Positions 18,009 to 26,883 of a DNA stretch of 50,307 nucleotides are shown here, in pieces. The notes below the pieces were generated by a model. It did not search any database. It saw only the letters and a program-made list of their open reading frames with translations, and was not told the DNA's origin. Position 1 is the first letter of the stretch. Every line of letters begins with the position of its first letter. A program made the translations under genes and the position numbers. The DNA is from a virus (taxonomy: Duplodnaviria; Caudoviricetes): positions 1 to 50,307 of IMG/VR virus record IMGVR_UViG_3300037045_000218, one strand, 5' to 3'.

Positions 18009-20081
18009 CTAAGGCATAAAGTCCAAGAACAACATTGCCTTTTTATCTTCATAAGATGCAAACTTAACGTTCCATCGGCGTTCCATAAATTCAAGGAGTT
18101 TATTCCCTCGCTCTAGGATAGCACTAGCATCCCAATCACTAAAGGCAGCTACTTCAATTTCACTGTGAGATCCATCGGTGTAACCTTTATGTGATTTCCC
18201 CGTTGGAGATTTCTTATCCGGGAAACTATCATTCTGCATACTGGAATTCTTACTGCTTGATAATGGTAACAAATTTCCCAAAGATCCCATTAAATATTTC
18301 TTTTGTTCATCGGGAAAACTAACAAATGCATTTTTCCAATAGTCTTTATCTGGTGTTTGAGGATAAACGTGCTCTATTGATACTTTATCCTTTTCGCTTT
18401 TTACAAATAGCGTCCAGTCAATTTTAGGATTACCATTTTGCATAACCTTTTCTTGTTCATATTCATATAGGAAGTAATGAAGTCCATTCCACCAATAAAA
18501 GCCACCGCCGTTTTTATAATGTCTACCAATGTAAGCCCTAAATGACTGAGTGTCAAAGGCAGTTTCAGGACTCAGCCACTCTTCAAGTCTTCCTTTTAAG
18601 GTAGCACATATATCATCTATCGAAACATCGCCATTACGCAGCTGCTTGGTAAGTCTATAATATTCACTGTTTCTATACGTTGATAATGCTCGACCAACCC
18701 GGAAAGCTAAGAAAATGAATCTTTCTATTTCTTTAAATAATTTTATTCTGCTTTGTGTACTAATACCCGATCTTACATACGAAGCCACCACAAGCGGCCT
18801 GAAGTAAGCAATCCCTATTCTATTCAGTCTATCCAGCCAAAGTTGCTCTTCTGATGTCAAATCTGAATTATTCAATGGATAGAATGAGTTGTACCAATGC
18901 ACAGCTGCAGACTGAAGGCTCTTTACATAATCCGATATTTCTTTCGGAGCAAGTTTTGCACGCATAACTGATTTGTCTTCTGTCCCGTTTTCTTCAGGTT
19001 CATCTTCGTCATCTTGATCTCTTAATTCAGTTATTGTTGTTATAGAATCCAATTTTGCTTCCGTTTTATTAAAAACACTCTGAGGAGTAAATTTTTCTTC
19101 AAGAAGAAATTTGATATAATCGTCGCCTTTTTGCCTCGTATACTGAAAATACATAATCCAGTGCGCCGTCAGAAAATCATCATCAGAAAGCGGTTTCTGC
19201 TTGTTTCGTCCAAGTTGATAATAAACATCTTTCCAAGCATCATTGATATCTTCCCGAAGAATCGATCTCTCATCATCAGTTATTTCGTATGGTTCATAAA
19301 GAGTCGTTAAGTAAATAAGGCGGTTTTTCAGCAGCTCCAAATTCGAAAGTTTTTTACCACGATTGTTCATGGTTTCAAATGCCACAAAAACATCGAAATC
19401 ATCTTCGATTTCATGTAAGTTGAACATAAGGTTCTGAGTTACTTTTTTAAAGAGCATTTCTATCTCTGAAATACCATATGTTTTGTAATAATTTACTAAA
19501 TTATCCTTAAAAAAAAGTCTGGCATTTTCAAGATTGAGAGTGTAGAAAGTCTCGGTGATGCTTCCACCATCAGGCTCACCTAATATTTTATGTCTGAGGT
19601 ATTTGAAGCTTGGATTATCCCTTTCATAACCAAATTTATATGTGTTCACTAAAAATTGAGGAGGCATTTGAATCACTAGGTATTCTTCTTTAATCTGCTT
19701 TATGCTAAATGTTCCAATATAAATATCTGAGTCGGGTTTCCCAACATTCTCTGGAATTGATTTTATTAAATTAAGTATTTCATTTATAAAAATAACAAAC
19801 GTAGTAAGCCTCTGCTGGCCATCGACAATATGAAAAGGTCTGAACGCTCGGTCTTTTATCAACCAGCGTTCAGCTGTCCAATTCTCCGCTTCATAATCTT
19901 TTCTTGTAACTTGTTTTAAAGATAACAAGCCGGTGTAGTGAAATCTTTCACTTGGAAGATTAACTATGTCCTCCCAGAAATCTTTTAATTGTCTTTCTTG
20001 CCAAGCATATCCCCGCTGATAATCCGGTATCTTGAAAATTCTATCTTTGAAAATACTCTTCAGTGATTCCAATGTTTGCAT
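18009..20081 (-). CDS. GmrSD-family (DUF262 + DUF1524) type IV restriction protein
   Basis: IPDYQRGYAW, IVDGQQRLTT, FETMNNRG, SIEHVYPQ...GNLLPL. Confidence 0.9.
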   Translation of the reverse strand: MQTLESLKSIFKDRIFKIPDYQRGYAWQERQLKDFWEDIVNLPSERFHYTGLLSLKQVTRKDYEAENWTAERWLIKDRAFRPFHIVDGQQRLTTFVIFINEILNLIKSIPENVGKPDSDIYIGTFSIKQIKEEYLVIQMPPQFLVNTYKFGYERDNPSFKYLRHKILGEPDGGSITETFYTLNLENARLFFKDNLVNYYKTYGISEIEMLFKKVTQNLMFNLHEIEDDFDVFVAFETMNNRGKKLSNLELLKNRLIYLTTLYEPYEITDDERSILREDINDAWKDVYYQLGRNKQKPLSDDDFLTAHWIMYFQYTRQKGDDYIKFLLEEKFTPQSVFNKTEAKLDSITTITELRDQDDEDEPEENGTEDKSVMRAKLAPKEISDYVKSLQSAAVHWYNSFYPLNNSDLTSEEQLWLDRLNRIGIAYFRPLVVASYVRSGISTQSRIKLFKEIERFIFLAFRVGRALSTYRNSEYYRLTKQLRNGDVSIDDICATLKGRLEEWLSPETAFDTQSFRAYIGRHYKNGGGFYWWNGLHYFLYEYEQEKVMQNGNPKIDWTLFVKSEKDKVSIEHVYPQTPDKDYWKNAFVSFPDEQKKYLMGSLGNLLPLSSSKNSSMQNDSFPDKKSPTGKSHKGYTDGSHSEIEVAAFSDWDASAILERGNKLLEFMERRWNVKFASYEDKKAMLFLDFMP

Positions 20082-20260
20082 TAAAAACCTCCTCATTTAT
20101 TCTTAAATAAACTATTTTAGTCCAAGTTTCCTTTCCTCTAGTAGCGTCAATATTTCTTGAAAAGACAACCCCGTCACTTTCTGTGCCTCTCGTGCAAATG
20201 CTCGTGATGTGTTCTCATAGGCTGAGTTGTAAATATAACTGGGATTCCCATTTGCTCTGG

Positions 20261-20329
20261 ATCAAACCCAAATTGTATAAGTCTATCTTTGCACATTCTT
20301 CTTTCATCATCTGTGAAGAGATCACCATA
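20261..20329 (-). pseudogene. C-terminal fragment paralogous to the 30984-31298 protein
   Basis: YGDLFTDDERRMCKDRLIQFGFD versus YENLFTEEERELCKDRLSKFGFD. Confidence 0.75.
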
Positions 20330-20352
20330 AATCAATAATTGCTTCTAATACT

Positions 20353-20432
20353 TATTTAACATTATAAAATATTCTCATGACCTTTACAATTGAAACTGGA
20401 AAAAGATACTAATTTGCGAAATGTATTTCCAA
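20353..20432 (-). promoter_or_regulatory. Sigma-A promoter module, copy 2 (upstream of gmrSD)
   Basis: TTGTAA (20389-20384), 17 bp, TATAAT (20366-20361); 21 bp identical to 9087-9107. Confidence 0.7.
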
Positions 20433-20512
20433 TTGATGAAACCAGCATGCCGACGTTTCAAATTATTTCACGATCATTCATCCGGTTCGTCATTTTTATG
20501 CTACTGCAGTTT

Positions 20513-20905
20513 TTACTCTATATCCGTAATTATTCTGGTAGAGTGTGCTAATTCAATTAGCTCTTCTAAAGTGATTTCTAAGTCGTCAGATATATTTGTT
20601 GGTTTCAAATTGCCTGCGTGTTCGATTCTCATCTTAACTGCTCTTCTAATTTTTCTCAGGTAAAACTTGGAGCTACCAGCTGCGGCCAACGCAGCTCTCG
20701 AATAGCTAGAAACATCTGATATCGAAGAAGATAAAATGCAGTTGCAAACTTCGCACTTAAACAAATATTTTGCCACCCCTGTCACTACTTCATCAATGGT
20801 CCAACAAGGTGCACAGCTTCCACAAATAGGGCAAGTAGGTACATTTCTATCAATAAACCGCTGCGACATACATCCAACAAAACCATCAACTCTTTTAAAT
20901 GTCAT
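20513..20905 (-). CDS. Small zinc-ribbon hypothetical protein
   Basis: CPICG and CEVC motifs; GGAGG RBS. Confidence 0.6.
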   Translation of the reverse strand: MTFKRVDGFVGCMSQRFIDRNVPTCPICGSCAPCWTIDEVVTGVAKYLFKCEVCNCILSSSISDVSSYSRAALAAAGSSKFYLRKIRRAVKMRIEHAGNLKPTNISDDLEITLEELIELAHSTRIITDIE

Positions 20906-21074
20906 AAATACCTCCGGGCGTCATTTTTAATATGCTAATTATAACATGTAAATCATTATTTTAAACACAATGAATCTCTGAGTTTCTTTTTTCGATATCA
21001 ATTGACCTCCTATCTATTAGCTTGGAGAATAAAGTAAAGTTGAGGATTTGTAAAAACTTCTTGATCCAAAACAT

Positions 21075-21112
21075 AAAAAAATGCCTACAGAGTGATTCAC
21101 TCCCGCAGGCAT
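21075..21112 (-). terminator. Intrinsic terminator after endolysin
   Basis: ATGCCTGCGGGAGTGAATCACTCTGTAGGCAT hairpin followed by T-run on minus strand. Confidence 0.75.
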
Positions 21113-21123
21113 CGCTCTCACCA

Positions 21124-21822
21124 CTATTCATATTTAATAAATGCATCTGTAAAGCCGGCTGCTTTGACCTTGGAAAGTGCCCTCTCCGCATTGGATCTTA
21201 CACTATACGCTCCAACCTGGACCCGGAAGAGTTTCTTTTCTTCAGACTGATGAGAAACCGGGTTTGTAAGAAGCTTCTTCACATCAGCCCGAAAAGCATC
21301 CATGCTTTTCCCGTGTCTTGAGAACCAGTGCTTTGGATCGATATGGTTGGAAGCAGTGCCTTTTTGATATCCCTCGAAGTGTCCGGTAATATCATTCTCC
21401 GTCAGATCATAGAGTTTACACAGATACACGCATAGCTCAATCGCTTCATTGTAGATTTTGTTGAAATAAACGAAGTCAGTCAGACCGTCCTCGCAGATTT
21501 CAAAGCCGATGTGTGTGTCGTTTGCCGTACCTCCGGCATGCCAACCTCGATGATTCCAGGGCAAAGTTTGATAAGTAGCTATAGTGCCATCTTTTAGTTT
21601 GCCAATGAATGCATGAACACAAACCTGTCTGCCTCCGGGCTTGTCCTGATTCCAGTGGTTGTTGTACTCATTTCTACCGAGTAATCCATCATCCGGCCCA
21701 ACATAGCGCTTTAGGTTTGGATTGTTCGCCCCAGTGGAATGCACCATGATTCCTTTTGGGGCGATGGTTTTGCCGGCTTTATAGCAGGCATTGTTGGTTA
21801 ATATTTGTTTTTTCAGGTTCAT
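21124..21822 (-). CDS. Endolysin: N-acetylmuramoyl-L-alanine amidase (Amidase_2) + SPOR domain
   Basis: GIMVHSTG, GWHAG, GFEICE, NHIDP; LFRVQVGAYS...GFTDAFI. Confidence 0.93.
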   Translation of the reverse strand: MNLKKQILTNNACYKAGKTIAPKGIMVHSTGANNPNLKRYVGPDDGLLGRNEYNNHWNQDKPGGRQVCVHAFIGKLKDGTIATYQTLPWNHRGWHAGGTANDTHIGFEICEDGLTDFVYFNKIYNEAIELCVYLCKLYDLTENDITGHFEGYQKGTASNHIDPKHWFSRHGKSMDAFRADVKKLLTNPVSHQSEEKKLFRVQVGAYSVRSNAERALSKVKAAGFTDAFIKYE

Positions 21823-22230
21823 TTATCTATCCTCCGTGTTTTTATTAAGTTGCTCTAAAATGTCTTTAAGATTCTGTGGCACAGGCAATCCGATGTGCGC
21901 TACGTTTTCAAGAATGGAGACACCTTCGTTACTAAGATAAAAAAAGATGACGGCTGTTCTGATCACTAAACCGTCTTTGATAAAGCTTTGATCGATGATA
22001 TGTCCAATGCCCACCAGGGCGAATATGATCACTTTTTTGAAGATGCCACGAAAGCCTACATCGCTGGATAGGTTTTTATCCAGCACCGCACACATGATGC
22101 CGGAGATGTAGTCGACGACCACAAATGCAACAAGTGCATACAAAAATCCATCAAACCCTCCCAAGAAGTAGCCCACCCATCCTCCAACAGCTGCAAATAG
22201 TACTTGAATCCAATTCCAAATATCCTTCAT
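21823..22230 (-). CDS. Phage holin (holin_4_1-like)
   Basis: Hydrophobic helices, DYISG, NEGVSILEN...GLPVP; adjacent to lysin. Confidence 0.93.
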   Translation of the reverse strand: MKDIWNWIQVLFAAVGGWVGYFLGGFDGFLYALVAFVVVDYISGIMCAVLDKNLSSDVGFRGIFKKVIIFALVGIGHIIDQSFIKDGLVIRTAVIFFYLSNEGVSILENVAHIGLPVPQNLKDILEQLNKNTEDR

Positions 22231-22302
22231 TATTGATCCTCCATTTCGTTTTATATTAAAAAGAACACCTCGATTTGAAGTGTTCTAGCAGAACTTCTGA
22301 TC

Positions 22303-23310
22303 CTATTTGATTATTTGCTTTTTCATAATGCTTTTTATAAACGATTTATAGAACTCGTCCGTTTCAGGGTTGTACCCTTTTATACCTTCCCAAGTATACG
22401 GTATAACTTTTTTAACATCCTCATAAATGTGCAGGATATATTTCTTTCGCAGTTCAGCGGTATTTCCAAGTGTCTGTATCAGATCATTCTTGATTGGGTG
22501 ATTACTCGCAATAAAGTGCTCATTTCGATCAATCAGCTTATGAATGTACTTCACACTAGGTAAAGAGTCGCTTTTTTGCTCATTGCAAAACTCGTGAGCT
22601 AAAACTAAATTCCAAATTTCATCGTGATAAATCACCTGCCGAGGCATCACATGATCTACATGAATCTTATGACCTTCCAGACTTTCTCCGCAGTAAAAAC
22701 AGATACCTTTTTGATAACCATTCAGTACCGGGATCAAGTTGGTAATATTTTTTCTTTCATAACCTGTAACGAGATAAATTCTTCGAACATCATTGGCCAA
22801 TTTTTCATTGCTTCTTTTTTGTTGAAACGCTGCCTCAATTAAATCCCATCTTGAATTGACTTCTTCGATTAGGCTGAACTCGGCGTTTGTTTCAAACAAC
22901 AGGAATATATCGTCTTTTAGTATCAATCCTTCGTTAGAGTATTCGTAGAAATCCATCGGGATCTTTTGGTTGTTCACCGTATGGAAGCGAGGAATGACAT
23001 CGACAAAAGCGTTCTTTTCAACATAGTCGATAGCCTGTGCTTCATCCACCAACCCTAGATTGAATCGATTTACTATGAACTCCATCTTGGTTTGTCTCGC
23101 TGGAGTACCTAGTTGTGGCATATTGTTTTGAAGCCGCAATTTATACAACTGAAAAAAAACATCCGCTAGCTCAGTCATGGTGACCTTATCTTTTCCTTGT
23201 TTGGTCAGATCATACAAAGCTTTTGCTAATGCGATTTTATAGGTAGCAGTATTCATTCCATACAAAATAATGGATCGCCAGTAATCTTCAGTTCCAAAGG
23301 GTCTACTCAT
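22303..23310 (-). CDS. HNH endonuclease moron with N-terminal helical domain
   Basis: NTATYKIAL N-terminal motif; CFYCG...HVDHVMP...WNLVLAHEFCNEQKSD. Confidence 0.8.
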   Translation of the reverse strand: MSRPFGTEDYWRSIILYGMNTATYKIALAKALYDLTKQGKDKVTMTELADVFFQLYKLRLQNNMPQLGTPARQTKMEFIVNRFNLGLVDEAQAIDYVEKNAFVDVIPRFHTVNNQKIPMDFYEYSNEGLILKDDIFLLFETNAEFSLIEEVNSRWDLIEAAFQQKRSNEKLANDVRRIYLVTGYERKNITNLIPVLNGYQKGICFYCGESLEGHKIHVDHVMPRQVIYHDEIWNLVLAHEFCNEQKSDSLPSVKYIHKLIDRNEHFIASNHPIKNDLIQTLGNTAELRKKYILHIYEDVKKVIPYTWEGIKGYNPETDEFYKSFIKSIMKKQIIK

Positions 23311-23387
23311 GAACTCACCTCAATTATACTCGTACCCTCATTCTAACATAAATCACTTGCCTACAAAATGTGTTCATCTCAAAGAAC

Positions 23388-24746
23388 CTATTCATAAACC
23401 CTGCTACTACTCGAGCGGTCTTTGGTGATCCTTCCGATGTAGTCGCTGAGTCTTCCTTTTCCAATCTTTCCTCCACTATCCACTGTGAAATCCGTGTAGA
23501 AACCATCCCCGCCAAATCGATGAGTGATTCCCGTGATGAGTCCGAGGTTTGACATTCCTGTATCTCCAATGATGATGGCTTCATCCCCAAGAATCAACTG
23601 AGGTCTAAATGGACCGGTGAAACTCTCGACTTTACCGACATATTGGAGGGTGTTTGCTATTTGATTGGCATAATTTTCAGCATCTGAAAGTGTGGTACCT
23701 TCCGGCAAATTGATATAGAGCGTCTTATTCGCTTGGAGATTCCACCCGCTATAGGTTTCCACATCCCGATAAACCTTCATGCTAAAATCCTGGTTATGGA
23801 TACAGACTCTTCTGTAGGCTTCTTGATCATCCCGGATGATACTTCTTGTGAAGATATCTTTGTCTCTGTAAAATGTGTAGCTGGTGTTTCTTGTGAATCC
23901 TGCATATGAGTTTGAACCGATCACGACCGTACCATCCACCAATTCTTTTATCTGCCAATTTTCCAAAGCCTTTAGTATTTCCATAACGCCTTCTAGATAG
24001 CTCATGTTTACGCCGAACCGGTATCCAGCATACGTACTGGTGTTTTCCACAAACATTTCATCCGAACTTATATTGGCCTGAAATAAAATATCCTTAAGTA
24101 TTTCATGCAGTAGCCCATACGGGTACGTGTTATCCTCGTCGAAACTCTGATCTCCCAGCGCTTTTCCAATGATGCTTCGCCCATCCACACAAACCACTTC
24201 GTTCAGCAAAGAGAAATTGCTTCTGTCCACGTAAAACACCCCCATTGTGTACGGTTCGCTGTCGCCCAGTATTAGTTCAAACTCCACCTTGCTGCCTGGT
24301 GAAAGTAGGCTTGATTCCTCGGATATCGCTACATTGCCTTTGTATTCCGGGTTTTCATTAAGCGGATTCTGCAGGCTTAAAGTAAAGGTGGTGATCGGGG
24401 TATCTATGGAATGTTTGATGGAGCCACTATCTAGATACTTCTCCATTTCAAAGGCGAATTCATTTATGAGCATTTTATGTTTATTCTCTGATTTATAAAC
24501 ACCGAATATTCCAAATCCTGAAAGCAGACTTACTTCTTGATGTGATATTGATGTATCATTCGAAATACGAACTTCATCTTGATAGATCACAGATTCCCAG
24601 TCACCTTGATGGATCTTGTTGGTTGGCAAGCCATATAATAAACCGTCCTTAACATAGAAAACTTCTGCCTGTGTATTGGGAAAGTGAATCAAGTCCGAGT
24701 ATTGACCTCCAACAATATTTTCAATTACTTCAAATATAAGTTCCAT
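23388..24746 (-). CDS. Tail tip/baseplate hub-like protein
   Basis: Position at end of tail module; C-terminal GPFRPQLILGD...ITGITHRFG. Confidence 0.65.
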   Translation of the reverse strand: MELIFEVIENIVGGQYSDLIHFPNTQAEVFYVKDGLLYGLPTNKIHQGDWESVIYQDEVRISNDTSISHQEVSLLSGFGIFGVYKSENKHKMLINEFAFEMEKYLDSGSIKHSIDTPITTFTLSLQNPLNENPEYKGNVAISEESSLLSPGSKVEFELILGDSEPYTMGVFYVDRSNFSLLNEVVCVDGRSIIGKALGDQSFDEDNTYPYGLLHEILKDILFQANISSDEMFVENTSTYAGYRFGVNMSYLEGVMEILKALENWQIKELVDGTVVIGSNSYAGFTRNTSYTFYRDKDIFTRSIIRDDQEAYRRVCIHNQDFSMKVYRDVETYSGWNLQANKTLYINLPEGTTLSDAENYANQIANTLQYVGKVESFTGPFRPQLILGDEAIIIGDTGMSNLGLITGITHRFGGDGFYTDFTVDSGGKIGKGRLSDYIGRITKDRSSSSRVYE

Positions 24747-24890
24747 TGCCTTGCCTCCATATCTATCATAAATCTCTCACGGGGGACACTAGCTTACGAG
24801 GGTCGGGCATCTTGCACTGACTTGCAATGCTTGTCTGAAACAAACTGTAATATTCCTCATATAACCACCTTTTCATTAAGAATTTGGTTC

Positions 24891-26873
24891 TTAGACGCCC
24901 TCTCCAAATTGAATGGCGAAGCTTGCGTCAATGACATATTGGTCTGTCTTATGTACTCCGTCTACTATGTAGTCTGCCGTAATGACGTCTCCTATAGCTG
25001 GAGGCACTTCGATCTCTACATAGGTTTGCCAAACCTTATCGTTAGTAAAAACACGTAACGTGGGTGTACTCGAAGAAGTATTTGCAACGAGTACCGACGC
25101 ATCAGCACTCACGCGGACATTGCTTCCCGGGTAAGCCGCATCCGTATACGGAGATATGTCCACCCACTGCTCATCAACCCACTTATGCGCGCGTATTGTC
25201 GAGCCATATTGATTCGTTATCGCAAGTATAGAGCCATCCTCGTTAAAAGAAATGCCGCTGTAGGTCGATGCGGCGACGGTCATGGGTCTTGTTAACCACG
25301 CGGAACCATTCCATTCTCCGATAGATATATTCCCTGTTACATAACGCCCATAAACTAACCCGTTTCCACTTAACGCTTGGTCAGCATACCGCAGCGATGC
25401 AGACGGAAGACCGCGTGACACCCAAGTACTCCCGGTCCAATCAAATACCCAATGATATGGTGATGTAGCATTATCGTTTATAGCGAAAGTATTACCATCA
25501 TCGCTAAGGTGTACAAAACCACCCGTCCCTGGTGGGAATCCCGTTGTTGGTCTCATTACCCAAGCGCTTCCATCCCAGTCGTAAACAGCGTTTCTTGTAG
25601 CATCGGCTTTAGTAACAGCCAAAACCGAACCATCCGCAGACATCGCATATTGACTCACAGCTACATTAACAGGAGCTACTCTGGGTACCCACACACCATC
25701 AACATAATTAAATATTTTGAGCTTACTGTCCGCATTTTCACGGAACGCAATACATAAACCATTTTTACTTATGATCCCTGACATACGTCCAGGGGACAGA
25801 TAAGCCGCGTCCATTCTTCGGACCCAGTAGTCTCCTTGACGTTCAAATAAGCCAACGAAAGGTGCGTTAACCATATCTAAAAACAATAAGTTTCCATCAC
25901 CACTAATTGATGGACCGCTTGAAACGGAACTAGCATTTAAAGATATAGCGGGACCATATTGCGACACATATCTTTTTAAAACTGACGTGTCTGCGGTTAC
26001 CGCAGAACCCGCCACTTTTATGGCAACGCTAGGTTCTCTGATGTTTCTCGACGGCAAAAGAAACCTAGTAGTAACGCCGTCACCCGTTGCAATAGGAACG
26101 CCGGCGTAACTTTGGCCAGTGAATACACCTGTTATTGGAAAGGTAGCATCGAATAAGTTTGTAAATCCAAGGGTTCTTACGTGCCCATTCCCGTCACTTA
26201 TCCCAAATCGTGGCAGGTTCGTCTTTCTTTGTTTGTTTGCAGTGTCAGACACCCATGATATGTTTAACGCGCCAAGGCTTTGATAAGCATTCCGCGCCTC
26301 TTTCAAAAGCAGTTGGCCAGCTGGCCAAGTTGCACCACCAATCAAGTAAGCTATTAAAGCGTTTCTTTCCGCTTCTGCGTATAAAATATTGGGATTACTA
26401 ACGTCTGCGGTTACGAACACCGTTGCAAAGATGGTTATAACATCAGTATCCGTTTTCGTTATCGAGATTGGGTTCCCTTCGGCGTCCTTCAACATGGCAT
26501 GAGTGACCAAGTTGGTCGCGGTTGCCCCAAAAGCGATTCCAACTTCAGTTATCGTACTGCCTACGTATTCCTCGGGGTTCAGAACGATTTTCCGTTTCCA
26601 ACTAGACACCGGAATGGCTTTTATCAATTCCTCGTTCACGGCGGTTTTGGTTCCAAGATGCGTAAACAAACTTGTTCTTGTCGCTACTACCGTCCCTGCG
26701 CCCGTACCAAAATGGATATTGACGAAGTACGTAGAACCTCCGCAAAGTCTTGTGTACATTTGGTCCAAGACGATGTTATAGGCTGTCGCTTCTTGCTTCA
26801 AGTCTCCCGTTACAGCATCTCTCACTTCAATGTCAAATCTATTGTGCAAATTTACTTTCTGTTCAATGTTCAT
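24891..26873 (-). CDS. Tail fibre/receptor-binding protein with beta-propeller
   Basis: N-terminal fibre-attachment region (ITEVG...ITKTDTD); repeated SxDGxxLA / WDGxxW blades. Confidence 0.75.
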   Translation of the reverse strand: MNIEQKVNLHNRFDIEVRDAVTGDLKQEATAYNIVLDQMYTRLCGGSTYFVNIHFGTGAGTVVATRTSLFTHLGTKTAVNEELIKAIPVSSWKRKIVLNPEEYVGSTITEVGIAFGATATNLVTHAMLKDAEGNPISITKTDTDVITIFATVFVTADVSNPNILYAEAERNALIAYLIGGATWPAGQLLLKEARNAYQSLGALNISWVSDTANKQRKTNLPRFGISDGNGHVRTLGFTNLFDATFPITGVFTGQSYAGVPIATGDGVTTRFLLPSRNIREPSVAIKVAGSAVTADTSVLKRYVSQYGPAISLNASSVSSGPSISGDGNLLFLDMVNAPFVGLFERQGDYWVRRMDAAYLSPGRMSGIISKNGLCIAFRENADSKLKIFNYVDGVWVPRVAPVNVAVSQYAMSADGSVLAVTKADATRNAVYDWDGSAWVMRPTTGFPPGTGGFVHLSDDGNTFAINDNATSPYHWVFDWTGSTWVSRGLPSASLRYADQALSGNGLVYGRYVTGNISIGEWNGSAWLTRPMTVAASTYSGISFNEDGSILAITNQYGSTIRAHKWVDEQWVDISPYTDAAYPGSNVRVSADASVLVANTSSSTPTLRVFTNDKVWQTYVEIEVPPAIGDVITADYIVDGVHKTDQYVIDASFAIQFGEGV

Positions 26874-26883
26874 GTTTTCCTCC

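Noticed and set aside
24747-26873. Diversity-generating retroelement or invertible tail-fibre system
   Set aside because: No reverse transcriptase, no template/variable repeat pair and no inverted fibre cassettes seen
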